Shown here: positions 1-9,551 of the stretch, piece after piece | How the letters are laid out: each line of letters opens with the position of its first letter | Numbering within the stretch: position 1 is the first letter of the stretch | Notes under the pieces: generated by a model | Databases searched by the model: none | What the model was told of the DNA's origin: nothing | The model's input: the letters and a program-made list of their open reading frames with translations, nothing else | Translations under genes and position numbers: made by a program | IMG/VR virus record: IMGVR_UViG_2884379107_000001 | From: a virus | DNA: 64,000 nt | Strand: one strand, 5' to 3'

Positions 1-405
1 GGGCAAATCATTACTTTCTTCATCAAAGGCTGCATTAAACGACATAGCAGCCGGTTGACTCTGCGGAGCTGGCCGTGACTGCGGTTGTTGAGTCGCAGCA
101 GGGCGAGCGGGTGCCGAGCCAGCATCTCCTTCAGCTAGTTCAATACGGAAGGCTCGCAATTCAGTATACCAACGATCATTATATTCGCGGGATTCAGCAC
201 TAAATGTAGCTTTTAATGTGTCGCCACTAGCATACTGTTTTAGGTCTGCTACTTTATCACCCCAAGCCGTCAGGCATACTTTTTTTGGGTATGATGCATC
301 AAGGGTTTCGATAACGAATTCCTGCTTACTCCAAGGGCCTTTCTGGCTTTGCCCCGATACTTCAGGCAGAACTTTTATGAGTTTTCCGACTAATTCCAGT
401 GCCAT
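1..405 (-). CDS. DUF3127-like host protein (3' end cut by window edge; not in ORF track)
   Basis: Manual translation from ATG at 405: MALELVGKLIKVLPEVSGQSQKGPWSKQEFVIETLDASYPKKVCLTAWGDKV...SREYNDRWYTELRAFRIE...SNDLP. This matches the Bacteroidetes DUF3127 pattern, with an SSB-like acidic DLP(F) tail. Confidence 0.85.
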   Translation of the reverse strand, partial: MALELVGKLIKVLPEVSGQSQKGPWSKQEFVIETLDASYPKKVCLTAWGDKVADLKQYASGDTLKATFSAESREYNDRWYTELRAFRIELAEGDAGSAPARPAATQQPQSRPAPQSQPAAMSFNAAFDEESNDLP

Positions 406-556
406 AAAAATTGGACTTTTAAACGTGATTTAGAAGGATAAAAGTACGAAATTTTGGCCACTTATGAGCCACTTTCCGCTAAAAAAGGAAAAGTTTCATA
501 GTTCTGTTTGGCAAAAGAAAACAAGAATCTTATCTTTGCACCCGCATCGCAGAAAT

Positions 557-638
557 GGCCACGTGGTGAAACTGGTAGACACGCCATCTTGAGGGGGTGG
601 TGCTGCAAGGCATGGGAGTTCGAGTCTCCCCGTGGTCA
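557..638 (+). tRNA. trnL: tRNA-Leu (anticodon GAG)
   Basis: Acceptor stem GGCCACG/CGTGGTC, D-loop TGGTGAAACTGGTAGAC, anticodon arm CCATC-TTGAGGG-GGTGG, long variable arm, T-loop GTTCGAGTC. CCA is not encoded. Confidence 0.95.
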
Positions 639-653
639 CAAGGCAAAAACAAC

Positions 654-690
654 AATGCACTGAACTTCAATAAGTTACAGTGCATTTTTT
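654..690 (+). terminator. Hairpin plus T-run after the tRNA (terminator at the prophage junction)
   Basis: AATGCACTG-AAC...GTTA-CAGTGCATT followed by TTTT. Confidence 0.7.
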
Positions 691-698
691 GTTCCTCC

Positions 699-717
699 AC
701 TGAAACATGACTGAAAC
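699..717 (+). repeat. ACTGAAAC direct repeat x2, candidate integrase arm-type binding sites
   Basis: ACTGAAAC at 699-706 and 710-717 (11-bp period), about 60 bp from the tRNA 3' end. Confidence 0.5.
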
Positions 718-732
718 CCACCTGCCTCACTC

Positions 733-996
733 ATGCAAAATCCCGAATCACAGCTAATAAATAAACGATTTTTTCAGGCCATCGACGAGCTGGTCAGTCG
801 GCGGGTGTTGCGCGGAAAAATCAGCTTTGCCACTAAGTACGAGCTAAACCCCGGCAACTTCTACCAGCTGCGCAAGAAACCGGTGAACGAGTTTCAGTTG
901 TGCTATTTGACGTGGCTGGTGAGAGATTTTGGGGTTAGTTCCCAGTGGCTGCTGACTGGGGAGGGGGAAATGTTCTCCAGGCGATTTAAGCAATAA
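733..996 (+). CDS. Small HTH protein, phage repressor N-terminal-like
   Basis: 87 aa ending in VSSQWLLTGEGEM, a motif typical of CI/Cro-type HTH domains. No S24 peptidase domain. Confidence 0.7.
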   Translation: MQNPESQLINKRFFQAIDELVSRRVLRGKISFATKYELNPGNFYQLRKKPVNEFQLCYLTWLVRDFGVSSQWLLTGEGEMFSRRFKQ

Positions 997-1075
997 AAAA
1001 ACGATAACCTCAATATGGGCTACCGTTTCTGAACCTTCCTCTTTTTATAACCAATAAACAACTACTCTTCAGATT

Positions 1076-1720
1076 TTAACTCGTGGCGTCACGGGTAATT
1101 TCAATCCAGTCCTGTGCCCACTGTGTACCACTGACCCACTTAAAATCAATGGTGTTCATGCCTGATTGCAGGGTGATATCATTGGACAGGGTTGCCGTTT
1201 TGCGGGTACCGTCATTACCCGTCATCGTAAAGTTGACCCAGCTACCCCCGTTAATTCGGTAGGCACCAATTCCCCCTTCAGACGTATTGGTCTGGTAGCG
1301 ATGAACGAATTTAAAACCCGAAAGCGTCGCGCCCAGCGTGTTATTGACGTTATTATACGTCAGGTTGCCCGAACTATCGGTGATCGTACCCCGTACATTC
1401 TCATCACCAGGCGCATTGGTGTAGGAACCCGCCCCGGTGGCAAGTTCGGCCTGCATGTGCCCCGTCGAAAAGGCCGGATAGGTCGTAGCCGGCGCATCGG
1501 GCATCTCCAGTGGGGGCACGGTATTGGCTTCAATGACGGCCCCGTTGGAAACGGTTATGGGGTGCGGATAGGTGCCTGACTTGATCGCATCGGCCATCGC
1601 CGTTCTGCCTTCCAGCGTTTTGGGATAGATCTCGATATCCCGGTCCGTTTTGCCATCGTATAGGAACAGTCCCGTCAAATGGCTTTTAATGTTAACTTTT
1701 TGCAGCGCGACGTTTGGCAT
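1076..1720 (-). CDS. Protein with a C-terminal CBM6/CBM35-like jelly-roll domain, tail region
   Basis: Likely start MPNVALQ at 1720 inside track ORF 1076-1933. C-terminus ...INGGSWVNF...ITLQSGMNTIDFK...AQDWIEI resembles a carbohydrate-binding module. Confidence 0.6.
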   Translation of the reverse strand: MPNVALQKVNIKSHLTGLFLYDGKTDRDIEIYPKTLEGRTAMADAIKSGTYPHPITVSNGAVIEANTVPPLEMPDAPATTYPAFSTGHMQAELATGAGSYTNAPGDENVRGTITDSSGNLTYNNVNNTLGATLSGFKFVHRYQTNTSEGGIGAYRINGGSWVNFTMTGNDGTRKTATLSNDITLQSGMNTIDFKWVSGTQWAQDWIEITRDATS

Positions 1721-4700
1721 AATGGGGTTGGTTTGATGGTTTCTGAATGCGAATGCCCAATGTTTTCTTTCGGTGTCGGCCCGTGCCCAGCGCCAGGCCC
1801 AGTAACAACAGGGGTAATCCATTCTGCGTTGGTCCCGACGGATTGCCCGATATCCATTCGATCTGGATCCGCTCACCCACCGAGGATGGATTCGTAGACA
1901 GACAGGGGTTACTGATGGTGAATTGCAGTTCATTGATAATGCCTTTCCATTCCGTCTTACTTGTCATGTTCCACTCAGCGGTGTGCCATTCGCCATCGGC
2001 CTCCAGATTCTGGGTCACCATGTAGTCACAGCTTACGTTATGGCCATCGGGATAGATCTGGGTAAAGGTGGCGGGTAAGGGATTGGGCGAAAAGTCAGCC
2101 TGCCGCGCCCGTCGCCATTTGAGGGTGATGGCTGGGTTGCTCCGATTATAGGTCACATACCGATAGCGCATGTACACTTTCTTATAATTTACCGCATCCC
2201 ATGCCCCCACGGGTGAGCAGATCCGGCCGCCATCCTGCCAGGTCACATCCCAGTTACTACGCGCGGACTGATAACCCCCATCGGTCGCGTTGAACAGGCT
2301 CCACAGCTGCCGACCCGCCTGATTGAAGCGGTATTCAGGGGTGAGTGAGCGCCGGTTCTTGGTCAGATCGTAGGCCGCTTTCCGAACTTCGGCCAGCGTA
2401 CCAATGACGTAGACTACCGAAAACTTGAAATCGATATTTTTATCCAGCATCAACTGCGGCTGCCAGGACATATAGGACCGGCCAAACCCCTCTCCATCGG
2501 CATAGTTGAACAGGCCGTCGTACTGACCGATCTTAATGCTGGGCGTGGGCAGGATGATGCCAATGCCCCGACCTGTGTTATCATCCCCGCAAAACAGCCA
2601 GTTTTCCGTTACGAAATGAGATCCCTGGGTTTGTCCCGAATTTTCGGGCAACACAATCGAGCGGGACGGTGCGCCCGTATACGGGGCATCGCCATCGTAC
2701 CAGTGCCATCTGCCCAGGCTCCCGTTGGCATGACCGGCGGGCAATTCCTGAAAGCGTGGGTATTGCTGAAAATTATCCCCCCCGTTACTCGAATTTCGAT
2801 CCAGTTTCAGCCGGTACCAAACGCGGGTCATATTGCCCGTCTGATTCACCCACTTCTCCAGAATATCGCCCAGTTTGGTGCTTTGCCCTGTCGTTTCGTG
2901 GGTATTGGGGCCGTTCCACTGAGCCATATCATTCTTGGTATAGTCGATGGTCTTACCCCCCACCGTTCCCCGGCCGTAGGCCAGCAGGGCTGAGCTCTGG
3001 GCGTTGATATCACCAATCTCCAGCGGGTTATCACCAATCTGCATGGAAAACCCATTGTAGGTCCAGGGGGCAGGGTTTCGATACCAAGCCGCCTGAAAAC
3101 TCGACCCCAGATCAATGGTATTATTCTGGCGGCCCTCCTCATCCTTGCGGCCCGGAATGTAGCGCGGATTAGCGACCTGGTTGCGGCCAATGGTCTTATC
3201 CCATATACCCTGAATACCCCCCGCCAGCCCGTTACTGCCGTACGAGCCGGTTTTCAAGTTCAGGACCAGTTTCACCGTGTCCGACTCCTGCGCAACCGTA
3301 TAGCTGCCCGGAATGCTGGTGGAGGCTAATGGCTCATACGAAAAATCACCCGCCAGATTTTCCGCTATCGAATTGCCGATCACGGCCGTGGTAGAGCCCG
3401 TACAGCCCGATACGGTGATGGTAGCTACGGCCGTTTTAGGCGAACAGCCCGTTTTAGTGCTGGTTACCGTATAAGCATAGGGTCCGTTGGTGGTAGGCGC
3501 TACGGCAGTGACCGATTGACCCAGCGCCGAAAAGCCCGACCGTGCCCAGCTAAAGCCAAGACCCGTGGCGGCTGATCCCGAAACGGTGGAGGCTAATGTA
3601 AATGAATTACCACAACTAACGCTTAGACTCGTAGCCGAAAGGGTATAGTTACACGACACGCCCGTACTGGCCACCATGGACAGTTCGGATTTGACCACCG
3701 CCGGGGGCGTCGGATGTGAGGAAATAATGGCCTCCCGGTAATCCCCCCGCCAGGTGATGGTTTCGGATAGCAGGCTCTTGAACTGAAAATACAGATCTTT
3801 TGGCAACAGACCGACGGCCGCATCGGGCAGGCGGAACCATTCCACCCCCGCTTTTCTGCCCTTGATGCGAAACTCGTAGCCGGGCGTTACGGGGCCTGCG
3901 CCCTTATTGACCCAGAACGTCACGTCGGTGTAGCGATCGACATCCTGACAGGGCCACCACCAGTAGAGCCAAAGGGCCGGATGGCCATCTTTGACCGCAA
4001 TGCCCCCCACGATAATGGGCTTTCGATAAAACTGATCTTCGGGGGCCGGATTGCCATTGTTAAAGGTGCCCTGATTCTTGATCCAGAGCTTGGGTTGCAC
4101 CATTTGCCAGGGCGTGTCGAATATCCAGTCGAGCAATTTGGCCCGGTGGAATCCCTTCGTGTACATCTCCACACTGGCCAGCGATTTGCCGCCCATATTG
4201 GCCCCCAGTGGCGCTTTGGGCCGCGTTTCAGACCACCCCCTGAGGTAATCCGAAAACAGATACATGCCGATGGCATCGGCTTCGGTCCAGTCGGGATTCA
4301 GGGGCCGGGCATTCAGCTGGGAAAATTGGGCTTCGGTGGTACCAGTAGAGGCCGGCGAAATGCCCGATTCGCTTTCCGCATCAATTCGAAACTGACGAAT
4401 GAAGCGGGCCGCGCCAAACCCGGTCAACCGATCAGTTGACAGCGGCAAGTGTTTGCTACCCGCCCGAAAGAACCAGTTCGTATAATAACGGGCGAAAATG
4501 CCATAAAACTTAAGCTGGCTTTTGTAGGCATCCTCATTATAGAGGACCGTCGACTGGCCCGTAATGGTCGTATTGCGCACATCGGTTCGCCAGATCAGCC
4601 CGCCCGACGTGTTTTTCTTATATGTGCCATTGGGGTTTTTCTCAAATAAACTCTGCTCATCCCAGGTATGCTGAATGTAGGAGCCCACGCCCGCAAAGGC

Positions 4701-5801
4701 TTTGCCATCGCGGAACAGGGCCGCCAGATCGGTCGATGCGCCCAGGGGTACTGTTTGCGAACTACCCCGAAAGACCTCATCGACTGTATTCCAGGACATG
4801 TACCGGGGATAGCCCGTTGCGCCATCGATATTGTCAAAATTCGAGGGGTTGACATTGGTAATGTTGGCATGGTCCGACAGACCCGACTTCATGCCCGGCC
4901 CATTGACTTCCGACAACCGGATCAGTTCCTTGGTGATCCAGCCGACCTGATTGTACCACTGCTGGTAGTAGGAAATGCCGTTGTTACGCTCCTTGAATAC
5001 CTCATGATTGACGCTGAAGTAATCCACCCCACCGCCTTTCCAGTCGGCCTGCTGAAAGGTCTGGTACCAGTACTGGGCGTAGAGTTTGCAGGTTTCCTCA
5101 TCGTCGATGAAGAGGTGTTGCCCCTCGAAATTGCCACTCCCGATGCCTGCCCAGTCGAGTAGTTTTTGCTTTCTGGGATCGCTATTGGATAAGGACTGTG
5201 CCGCATTATAGGCAGCCTGATAGTTGGCCATTTCCAGCGCCCGCTTGAACTGGGTGGGATAGGTATCCCCATCGTTCCAGTGCGCCGATTCGGACGTTCG
5301 GTTCCAGCCCCGGCTCATCAGGGTATTATCATTCATATCCGAAAACAGGGTCCCCGGATAAATAATGATCTTACTGGCATGCGCCGTAAAGGGGGGAAAC
5401 CGGTTATACAGCGCCGTCCCAAGGGCCGTCTGGGGAGCCATCGGGTAGTAATTTCCCAGTAGCCTCGGCACATTTCGAACGCTGTCAGTCAGCACCGGGG
5501 CCGGGGCCGAAACGACCGGATGCGACTGGTAATCGGTACGCGTGTCGTAAAAATTATGGGTGTACTTACCCACAATGGACCCCAGTGAGGGATAGGGCGT
5601 AATGGGCAACGTACCGGTATTGACGGCCGTTAGAAACCCAATATCGCCCGCCTGGGTAAAGGGGTAGATTCGCTTATCGCGAAGGACCGTCTTTTTAACA
5701 ACGGCCCCGTTGACCGTCGTGTTAACGGGCTGAAAGACCAGGTTTTGCGACTGGGCCAGATAGGAGCCCAGCAGGAGCCAGAGAAGAACTAGTTTTTTCA
5801 T
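1692..5801 (-). CDS. 1369-aa protein with a Sec signal peptide, Ig-like middle region and a possible C-terminal anchor
   Basis: N-terminus MKKLVLLWLLLGSYLAQS|Q; Ser/Thr-rich beta repeats at about aa 715-810; C-terminal LPLLLLGLALG followed by RHRKK. Start overlaps the upstream stop. Confidence 0.8.
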   Translation of the reverse strand: MKKLVLLWLLLGSYLAQSQNLVFQPVNTTVNGAVVKKTVLRDKRIYPFTQAGDIGFLTAVNTGTLPITPYPSLGSIVGKYTHNFYDTRTDYQSHPVVSAPAPVLTDSVRNVPRLLGNYYPMAPQTALGTALYNRFPPFTAHASKIIIYPGTLFSDMNDNTLMSRGWNRTSESAHWNDGDTYPTQFKRALEMANYQAAYNAAQSLSNSDPRKQKLLDWAGIGSGNFEGQHLFIDDEETCKLYAQYWYQTFQQADWKGGGVDYFSVNHEVFKERNNGISYYQQWYNQVGWITKELIRLSEVNGPGMKSGLSDHANITNVNPSNFDNIDGATGYPRYMSWNTVDEVFRGSSQTVPLGASTDLAALFRDGKAFAGVGSYIQHTWDEQSLFEKNPNGTYKKNTSGGLIWRTDVRNTTITGQSTVLYNEDAYKSQLKFYGIFARYYTNWFFRAGSKHLPLSTDRLTGFGAARFIRQFRIDAESESGISPASTGTTEAQFSQLNARPLNPDWTEADAIGMYLFSDYLRGWSETRPKAPLGANMGGKSLASVEMYTKGFHRAKLLDWIFDTPWQMVQPKLWIKNQGTFNNGNPAPEDQFYRKPIIVGGIAVKDGHPALWLYWWWPCQDVDRYTDVTFWVNKGAGPVTPGYEFRIKGRKAGVEWFRLPDAAVGLLPKDLYFQFKSLLSETITWRGDYREAIISSHPTPPAVVKSELSMVASTGVSCNYTLSATSLSVSCGNSFTLASTVSGSAATGLGFSWARSGFSALGQSVTAVAPTTNGPYAYTVTSTKTGCSPKTAVATITVSGCTGSTTAVIGNSIAENLAGDFSYEPLASTSIPGSYTVAQESDTVKLVLNLKTGSYGSNGLAGGIQGIWDKTIGRNQVANPRYIPGRKDEEGRQNNTIDLGSSFQAAWYRNPAPWTYNGFSMQIGDNPLEIGDINAQSSALLAYGRGTVGGKTIDYTKNDMAQWNGPNTHETTGQSTKLGDILEKWVNQTGNMTRVWYRLKLDRNSSNGGDNFQQYPRFQELPAGHANGSLGRWHWYDGDAPYTGAPSRSIVLPENSGQTQGSHFVTENWLFCGDDNTGRGIGIILPTPSIKIGQYDGLFNYADGEGFGRSYMSWQPQLMLDKNIDFKFSVVYVIGTLAEVRKAAYDLTKNRRSLTPEYRFNQAGRQLWSLFNATDGGYQSARSNWDVTWQDGGRICSPVGAWDAVNYKKVYMRYRYVTYNRSNPAITLKWRRARQADFSPNPLPATFTQIYPDGHNVSCDYMVTQNLEADGEWHTAEWNMTSKTEWKGIINELQFTISNPCLSTNPSSVGERIQIEWISGNPSGPTQNGLPLLLLGLALGTGRHRKKTLGIRIQKPSNQPHYAKRRAAKS

Positions 5802-6103
5802 GAATTTAAGGAATCGTTGGGTTGACCGGGTTCGGTATCTCCGCCCTCAATAACGGGCTGACTAGGATCAAGTGAGAAGTTGCCTAGGGTCGAGCCGCCA
5901 CCACCCGCGCAATCGCGCAGCTTCCAGCCACTAAACCCGGTAGCCAGTACGGGCCGGGTGGTGGTAACAGCGGCTTTTTTTTGCTCGTAGGTATACGTGT
6001 TGAACAGTGCCAGCGATTCATCACAGCTGAGCGCTTCGCCGTCGTAGGCCCAAATGACAACCGAGCCGTCGGGCTGGGTAAATTCTTTCGTTGCTTGTAG
6101 CAT
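5798..6103 (-). CDS. Hypothetical tail-region protein
   Basis: 101-aa ORF packed between tail genes in the same orientation. Confidence 0.65.
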   Translation of the reverse strand: MLQATKEFTQPDGSVVIWAYDGEALSCDESLALFNTYTYEQKKAAVTTTRPVLATGFSGWKLRDCAGGGGSTLGNFSLDPSQPVIEGGDTEPGQPNDSLNS

Positions 6104-6108
6104 AGCGA

Positions 6109-7668
6109 TTAGGGGGCTAAGGTTATTGCGTCATACCAGGGGCCAAAGCAGCCCTTCGATCCGTTGAAGCCGCCGGACAGTACCGGATAGCCTGCTTTGC
6201 GTGGCTGATCTTCCCATACCATCGTCCAGGCGTCGGGTTCGGCTTGCAGGGCATTCCAGATCTTAGCGGAGAGTTTCGCCGTTGAACTGCCCGTTTCTTC
6301 GTACTTGAGTCGCAGGTAGTACCAGGTGTTCAGGCTGGTCGCAAACGAAGCGGTCGGGCCAATCCCTACCCCGTTATGTACAAACTGGATGGTTACGGCA
6401 TCTTTCAGGCCGAAGTAATAGCCGTCACTAGCTGCTGACCCGTAGCGCAGACCAAGCCCCAGCCGGGAATCAGTGGTAAACGCCGTTGGTTTCAGCAGAC
6501 AAAGCGCCTGATCAGCATTCAGCGAATTCTGGGAGCCGCCCGTAGTAAACTGGAGCATCCGCTGGTCAGCCGAACTGGCCGTATTGGTCTGGCAGAGTTG
6601 CCCGGTGGACCAGCTCCACGTTCCCGCGCTACCGATGAAAGCATAGCCATCCGAGGGGCCTCCCTCTTCGGTAAAGAAATTAAAGCTGAAGTCGTTGGAG
6701 TGGGTTGCCCAGCTGGTATCGGCTAGCTGTCGGGCCTGCGCCCGGTTGATGGTCAGTTTGTGAATGTCCCAGATGGACTGGAAGGCCGAATCGGTATCAC
6801 TGACCCAGATGTTGAGCACCTGATCGGATACACCAGATGCAACACTAATCCGGCGCAGGCCCGTACCCGCATCAAAACCGAAACTTACGCCCGTGGGCAA
6901 AGCCGCCACCGTCGTGGTTGCCAGATCCACAACCTGACGAACGATCAGCGATTGCGAATCACCCGGATCGGAAAACAGATCCGCGTTCAGATCGTAGTGC
7001 TGATCCCCCGATGCCGTAATGAGCTGATCGGCCTGATGGTGATTGACCGTCGGCACCGGGTTATCGGCTTCCCCTTCCCAGTCGGCGTCCAGAATTTCCA
7101 CATCAATACTATCCCCGTCGGTGCCTTCCCAGTCGGCGTCCAGAATCTCCACGTCGATGCTGTCAACGGTTACCACGGGAATAGCCTCATAATCCACCGG
7201 ATTGATGAATACCAATGTGGGTTCGGGTGTTACGACCGTATCGCAGGTGGCCATGAAGTCGCAAATGATCTTTTTGTAAGCCGGATTGGCCATGGCCTTG
7301 GTAAATAGAGTGACTAAGGCCAGGCCCACTTCGGTGTCGGTGGCGGCCGCAATGAGTTCGAATAGCGAACCAGTTCCAATGTCTACCTGCCCTCCGGGAC
7401 TACCCGAAACGACCCGGTTCGATTCGGTAATCTCAAACGGAGCGACCAATACTTTCCCCAATGAGCCGGGCTCATTGTCTGGAATCAAAGCATTGCGGGC
7501 GTAGAGCCAGTAGAGAATCCCGGTTCGAAAATCACCGCCATCGGGGTCCATATTAAAAATCAGCTCCGCCGACCACTCGACCCAGGGTGTGAACAGGCCG
7601 TTCCGTTCGATTCGGTATTCCCAATCAGGCCCCGTGGCCGTGCCGGTGGGTACAAAGGAATAAATCAT
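6109..7668 (-). CDS. Putative tail fibre / receptor-binding protein with a C-terminal lectin-like beta-sandwich
   Basis: Follows the tail-tip gene. C-terminal GYYFGL...TWYYLRLKYE...KLSAKIW...W pattern resembles a concanavalin/LamG-like fold. Confidence 0.6.
   Translation of the reverse strand: MIYSFVPTGTATGPDWEYRIERNGLFTPWVEWSAELIFNMDPDGGDFRTGILYWLYARNALIPDNEPGSLGKVLVAPFEITESNRVVSGSPGGQVDIGTGSLFELIAAATDTEVGLALVTLFTKAMANPAYKKIICDFMATCDTVVTPEPTLVFINPVDYEAIPVVTVDSIDVEILDADWEGTDGDSIDVEILDADWEGEADNPVPTVNHHQADQLITASGDQHYDLNADLFSDPGDSQSLIVRQVVDLATTTVAALPTGVSFGFDAGTGLRRISVASGVSDQVLNIWVSDTDSAFQSIWDIHKLTINRAQARQLADTSWATHSNDFSFNFFTEEGGPSDGYAFIGSAGTWSWSTGQLCQTNTASSADQRMLQFTTGGSQNSLNADQALCLLKPTAFTTDSRLGLGLRYGSAASDGYYFGLKDAVTIQFVHNGVGIGPTASFATSLNTWYYLRLKYEETGSSTAKLSAKIWNALQAEPDAWTMVWEDQPRKAGYPVLSGGFNGSKGCFGPWYDAITLAP
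7073..7174 (-). repeat. 51-bp tandem duplication encoding DSIDVEILDADWEG x2
   Basis: Two near-identical copies of CCTTCCCAGTCGGCGTCCAGAAT.TCCAC.TC.AT.CT.TC. Confidence 0.85.
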
Positions 7669-9551
7669 AATAGAATTTTATGGCCCACGGCCTGTAGTTT
7701 CGCAATCAGTTGCTGCTTCAAATTGTCGGGCGTACCCTGAAATACATTTACCTCCAGCTTATGGCGTACCAGCTGATCATTGATCAGGGCCGTGTAACCC
7801 GGCGGCAGGGGCTGAATGCCCAGTGTGTAATTAGTCGCATGCGCCAGCGGTCGAAGCTGATTCTTGATGCTCTGATCGAGTTGCGCCTTGATTTGCTCCG
7901 GGGTCAGGGGCTTGGCGGCCACCGGATCGGTGAGCCCATTGCCATTCAGCACCTTGACCACATCTTTCTGATGCGCCAGAATCCTAGCCAGTAAAGGCAC
8001 TTTGGGCGCATCGCCCAGGGTGAGCGTATACTTATAAGGCCGGATGACGTCGCGCGTAAAACCGATGATTCTTATATATCGATCAATAGCCAGTTCCGTA
8101 TCGACCAGGCGTATCTGATCGCCCACGGCAAAGAAACTGGGCGGATTGTCGATTGGAACGGGTCCCGTATCCCCGGCTAGTTTCTGTAAATACATCTCGT
8201 CGATGGTGAGGCTGTATTCCACGGAAGGCGTACTATTTTCACGAAGCCACTGCATGCCCGCAGCGAGAAGTTGAGCCTCAGCCGCCTGTACATACTCATT
8301 CGGCATGATGATATCCGTCAGTACGTAGGTATCCCCAGCGGCAATCCGAAACGGTGAGCTTTCCACCGGATCCGGGAACACCTGCCCCCGTTCATCGGTG
8401 AAGGATTTGATCGTAAAGGTCTTGGTACCTGCATCGAATTTGACCAGTTCAAAATCATAGCCCGCCAGACTACCCGTCTGAAAATGAACCTTCACTGACA
8501 GGCCCGGTACCAGATACTGATAATGGGGTATCTGTTGGCTATTCACCACATCATACCGGTCGATGGCGTGAGGGTTGAAGGGAATACTGGGGTCCGTGAA
8601 GGTTAACTGACCCGTTGCAGCCCCTACGGTACCGGTGCGGTGCGGGTAGATTTCCTCGAATACCTGCGTTCCTTCGATCAGCCCAAACGCGTTCACCGCA
8701 TCCAGATTCTGAATGTAGGAATCGTTCAGCGAGGAGGTACCCGAACCGGCGAACGGAAGTTGCAGCCGGGTAGCAAACCCCCGGTAGCCACTGGGCAGGT
8801 TTTTCGAACTACCAAATATGTATGCACGGGTAACAAACGGTGTCTGAGAAACCGACCGGCGGCTTAGTTCATATAAACCCTTCCCCTGTCCATATTGAAC
8901 TGTAAAATCCAGTACCTGCCCGGCCGGTTTGATGTGCAAAACCCGGTTGGGCGCATCGTTGGGCCGATATTCGATACTAAACTCCGTGCCCCATTCGGTG
9001 CATAAGCGTTGCAGCACCGACAGACAGTTCTCATTCTCGAAGGTGAGGTTTTTGGTCACCGTATCATCCCCATCAATGGGAGTGCCGACCGTGCCATTTT
9101 CATCCACTTCACCGGGTACCTGCACCGTGCCCAGCCCCCAGGCACCGCCGAATACGCGGGCCAGATTGGACATGAGGATGGTGGCGAAAAACTGAAGATT
9201 GCCCGTTAGTGAGAAACTAGACGACAGGCCATTGCCGTTCACCGCCGTATCAAAGAAAATAACCCGAAGCAGATGGTACTGTGGCCCCTCCAGTGACAAG
9301 TCGTATTCGAACTGATCCTCACCCAGTCGCTTCCAGGCAGGCAGTTGATTGACCGTGTACAGCTGACCATACACCGCTACCGTATCCCCAATGGAGATGC
9401 TAATGGGCGCATTGGACGTGGCCGTCAGGTTCACCGTATCTACGTTGAGCAGTTCGATCTTCTGTTCCCCCTTGGCGATGCCGCGTAAGGGAGATAGGCT
9501 AATCAGGGGATACTGGGGCCCGCCCGGTTTTATCAGTACAATCGGGACCAT
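7665..9551 (-). CDS. Tail tip/hub protein (Tal, prophage tail-like)
   Basis: Follows Dit. Contains YGQGKGLYELSR, VTRAYIFGSSKNLP and FEEIYPHRTG, typical of Bacteroidetes siphophage hub proteins. Confidence 0.75.
   Translation of the reverse strand: MVPIVLIKPGGPQYPLISLSPLRGIAKGEQKIELLNVDTVNLTATSNAPISISIGDTVAVYGQLYTVNQLPAWKRLGEDQFEYDLSLEGPQYHLLRVIFFDTAVNGNGLSSSFSLTGNLQFFATILMSNLARVFGGAWGLGTVQVPGEVDENGTVGTPIDGDDTVTKNLTFENENCLSVLQRLCTEWGTEFSIEYRPNDAPNRVLHIKPAGQVLDFTVQYGQGKGLYELSRRSVSQTPFVTRAYIFGSSKNLPSGYRGFATRLQLPFAGSGTSSLNDSYIQNLDAVNAFGLIEGTQVFEEIYPHRTGTVGAATGQLTFTDPSIPFNPHAIDRYDVVNSQQIPHYQYLVPGLSVKVHFQTGSLAGYDFELVKFDAGTKTFTIKSFTDERGQVFPDPVESSPFRIAAGDTYVLTDIIMPNEYVQAAEAQLLAAGMQWLRENSTPSVEYSLTIDEMYLQKLAGDTGPVPIDNPPSFFAVGDQIRLVDTELAIDRYIRIIGFTRDVIRPYKYTLTLGDAPKVPLLARILAHQKDVVKVLNGNGLTDPVAAKPLTPEQIKAQLDQSIKNQLRPLAHATNYTLGIQPLPPGYTALINDQLVRHKLEVNVFQGTPDNLKQQLIAKLQAVGHKILL

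Noticed and set aside
218-730. Track ORFs 218-433 (+) and 530-730 (-)
   Set aside because: They are antisense to the DUF3127-like gene and to the tRNA, and have no protein-like features.
1721-1933. N-terminal 71 aa of track ORF 1076-1933
   Set aside because: It overlaps the 1369-aa gene extensively; the start at 1720 is more plausible.
1166-9209. Many overlapping short ORFs on both strands of the tail genes
   Set aside because: They are shadow frames of GC-rich coding DNA lying inside long coherent ORFs.
1076-9551. Diversity-generating retroelement or shufflon acting on tail fibres
   Set aside because: No reverse transcriptase, no template/variable repeat pair and no repeated crossover sites were seen in the fibre region.
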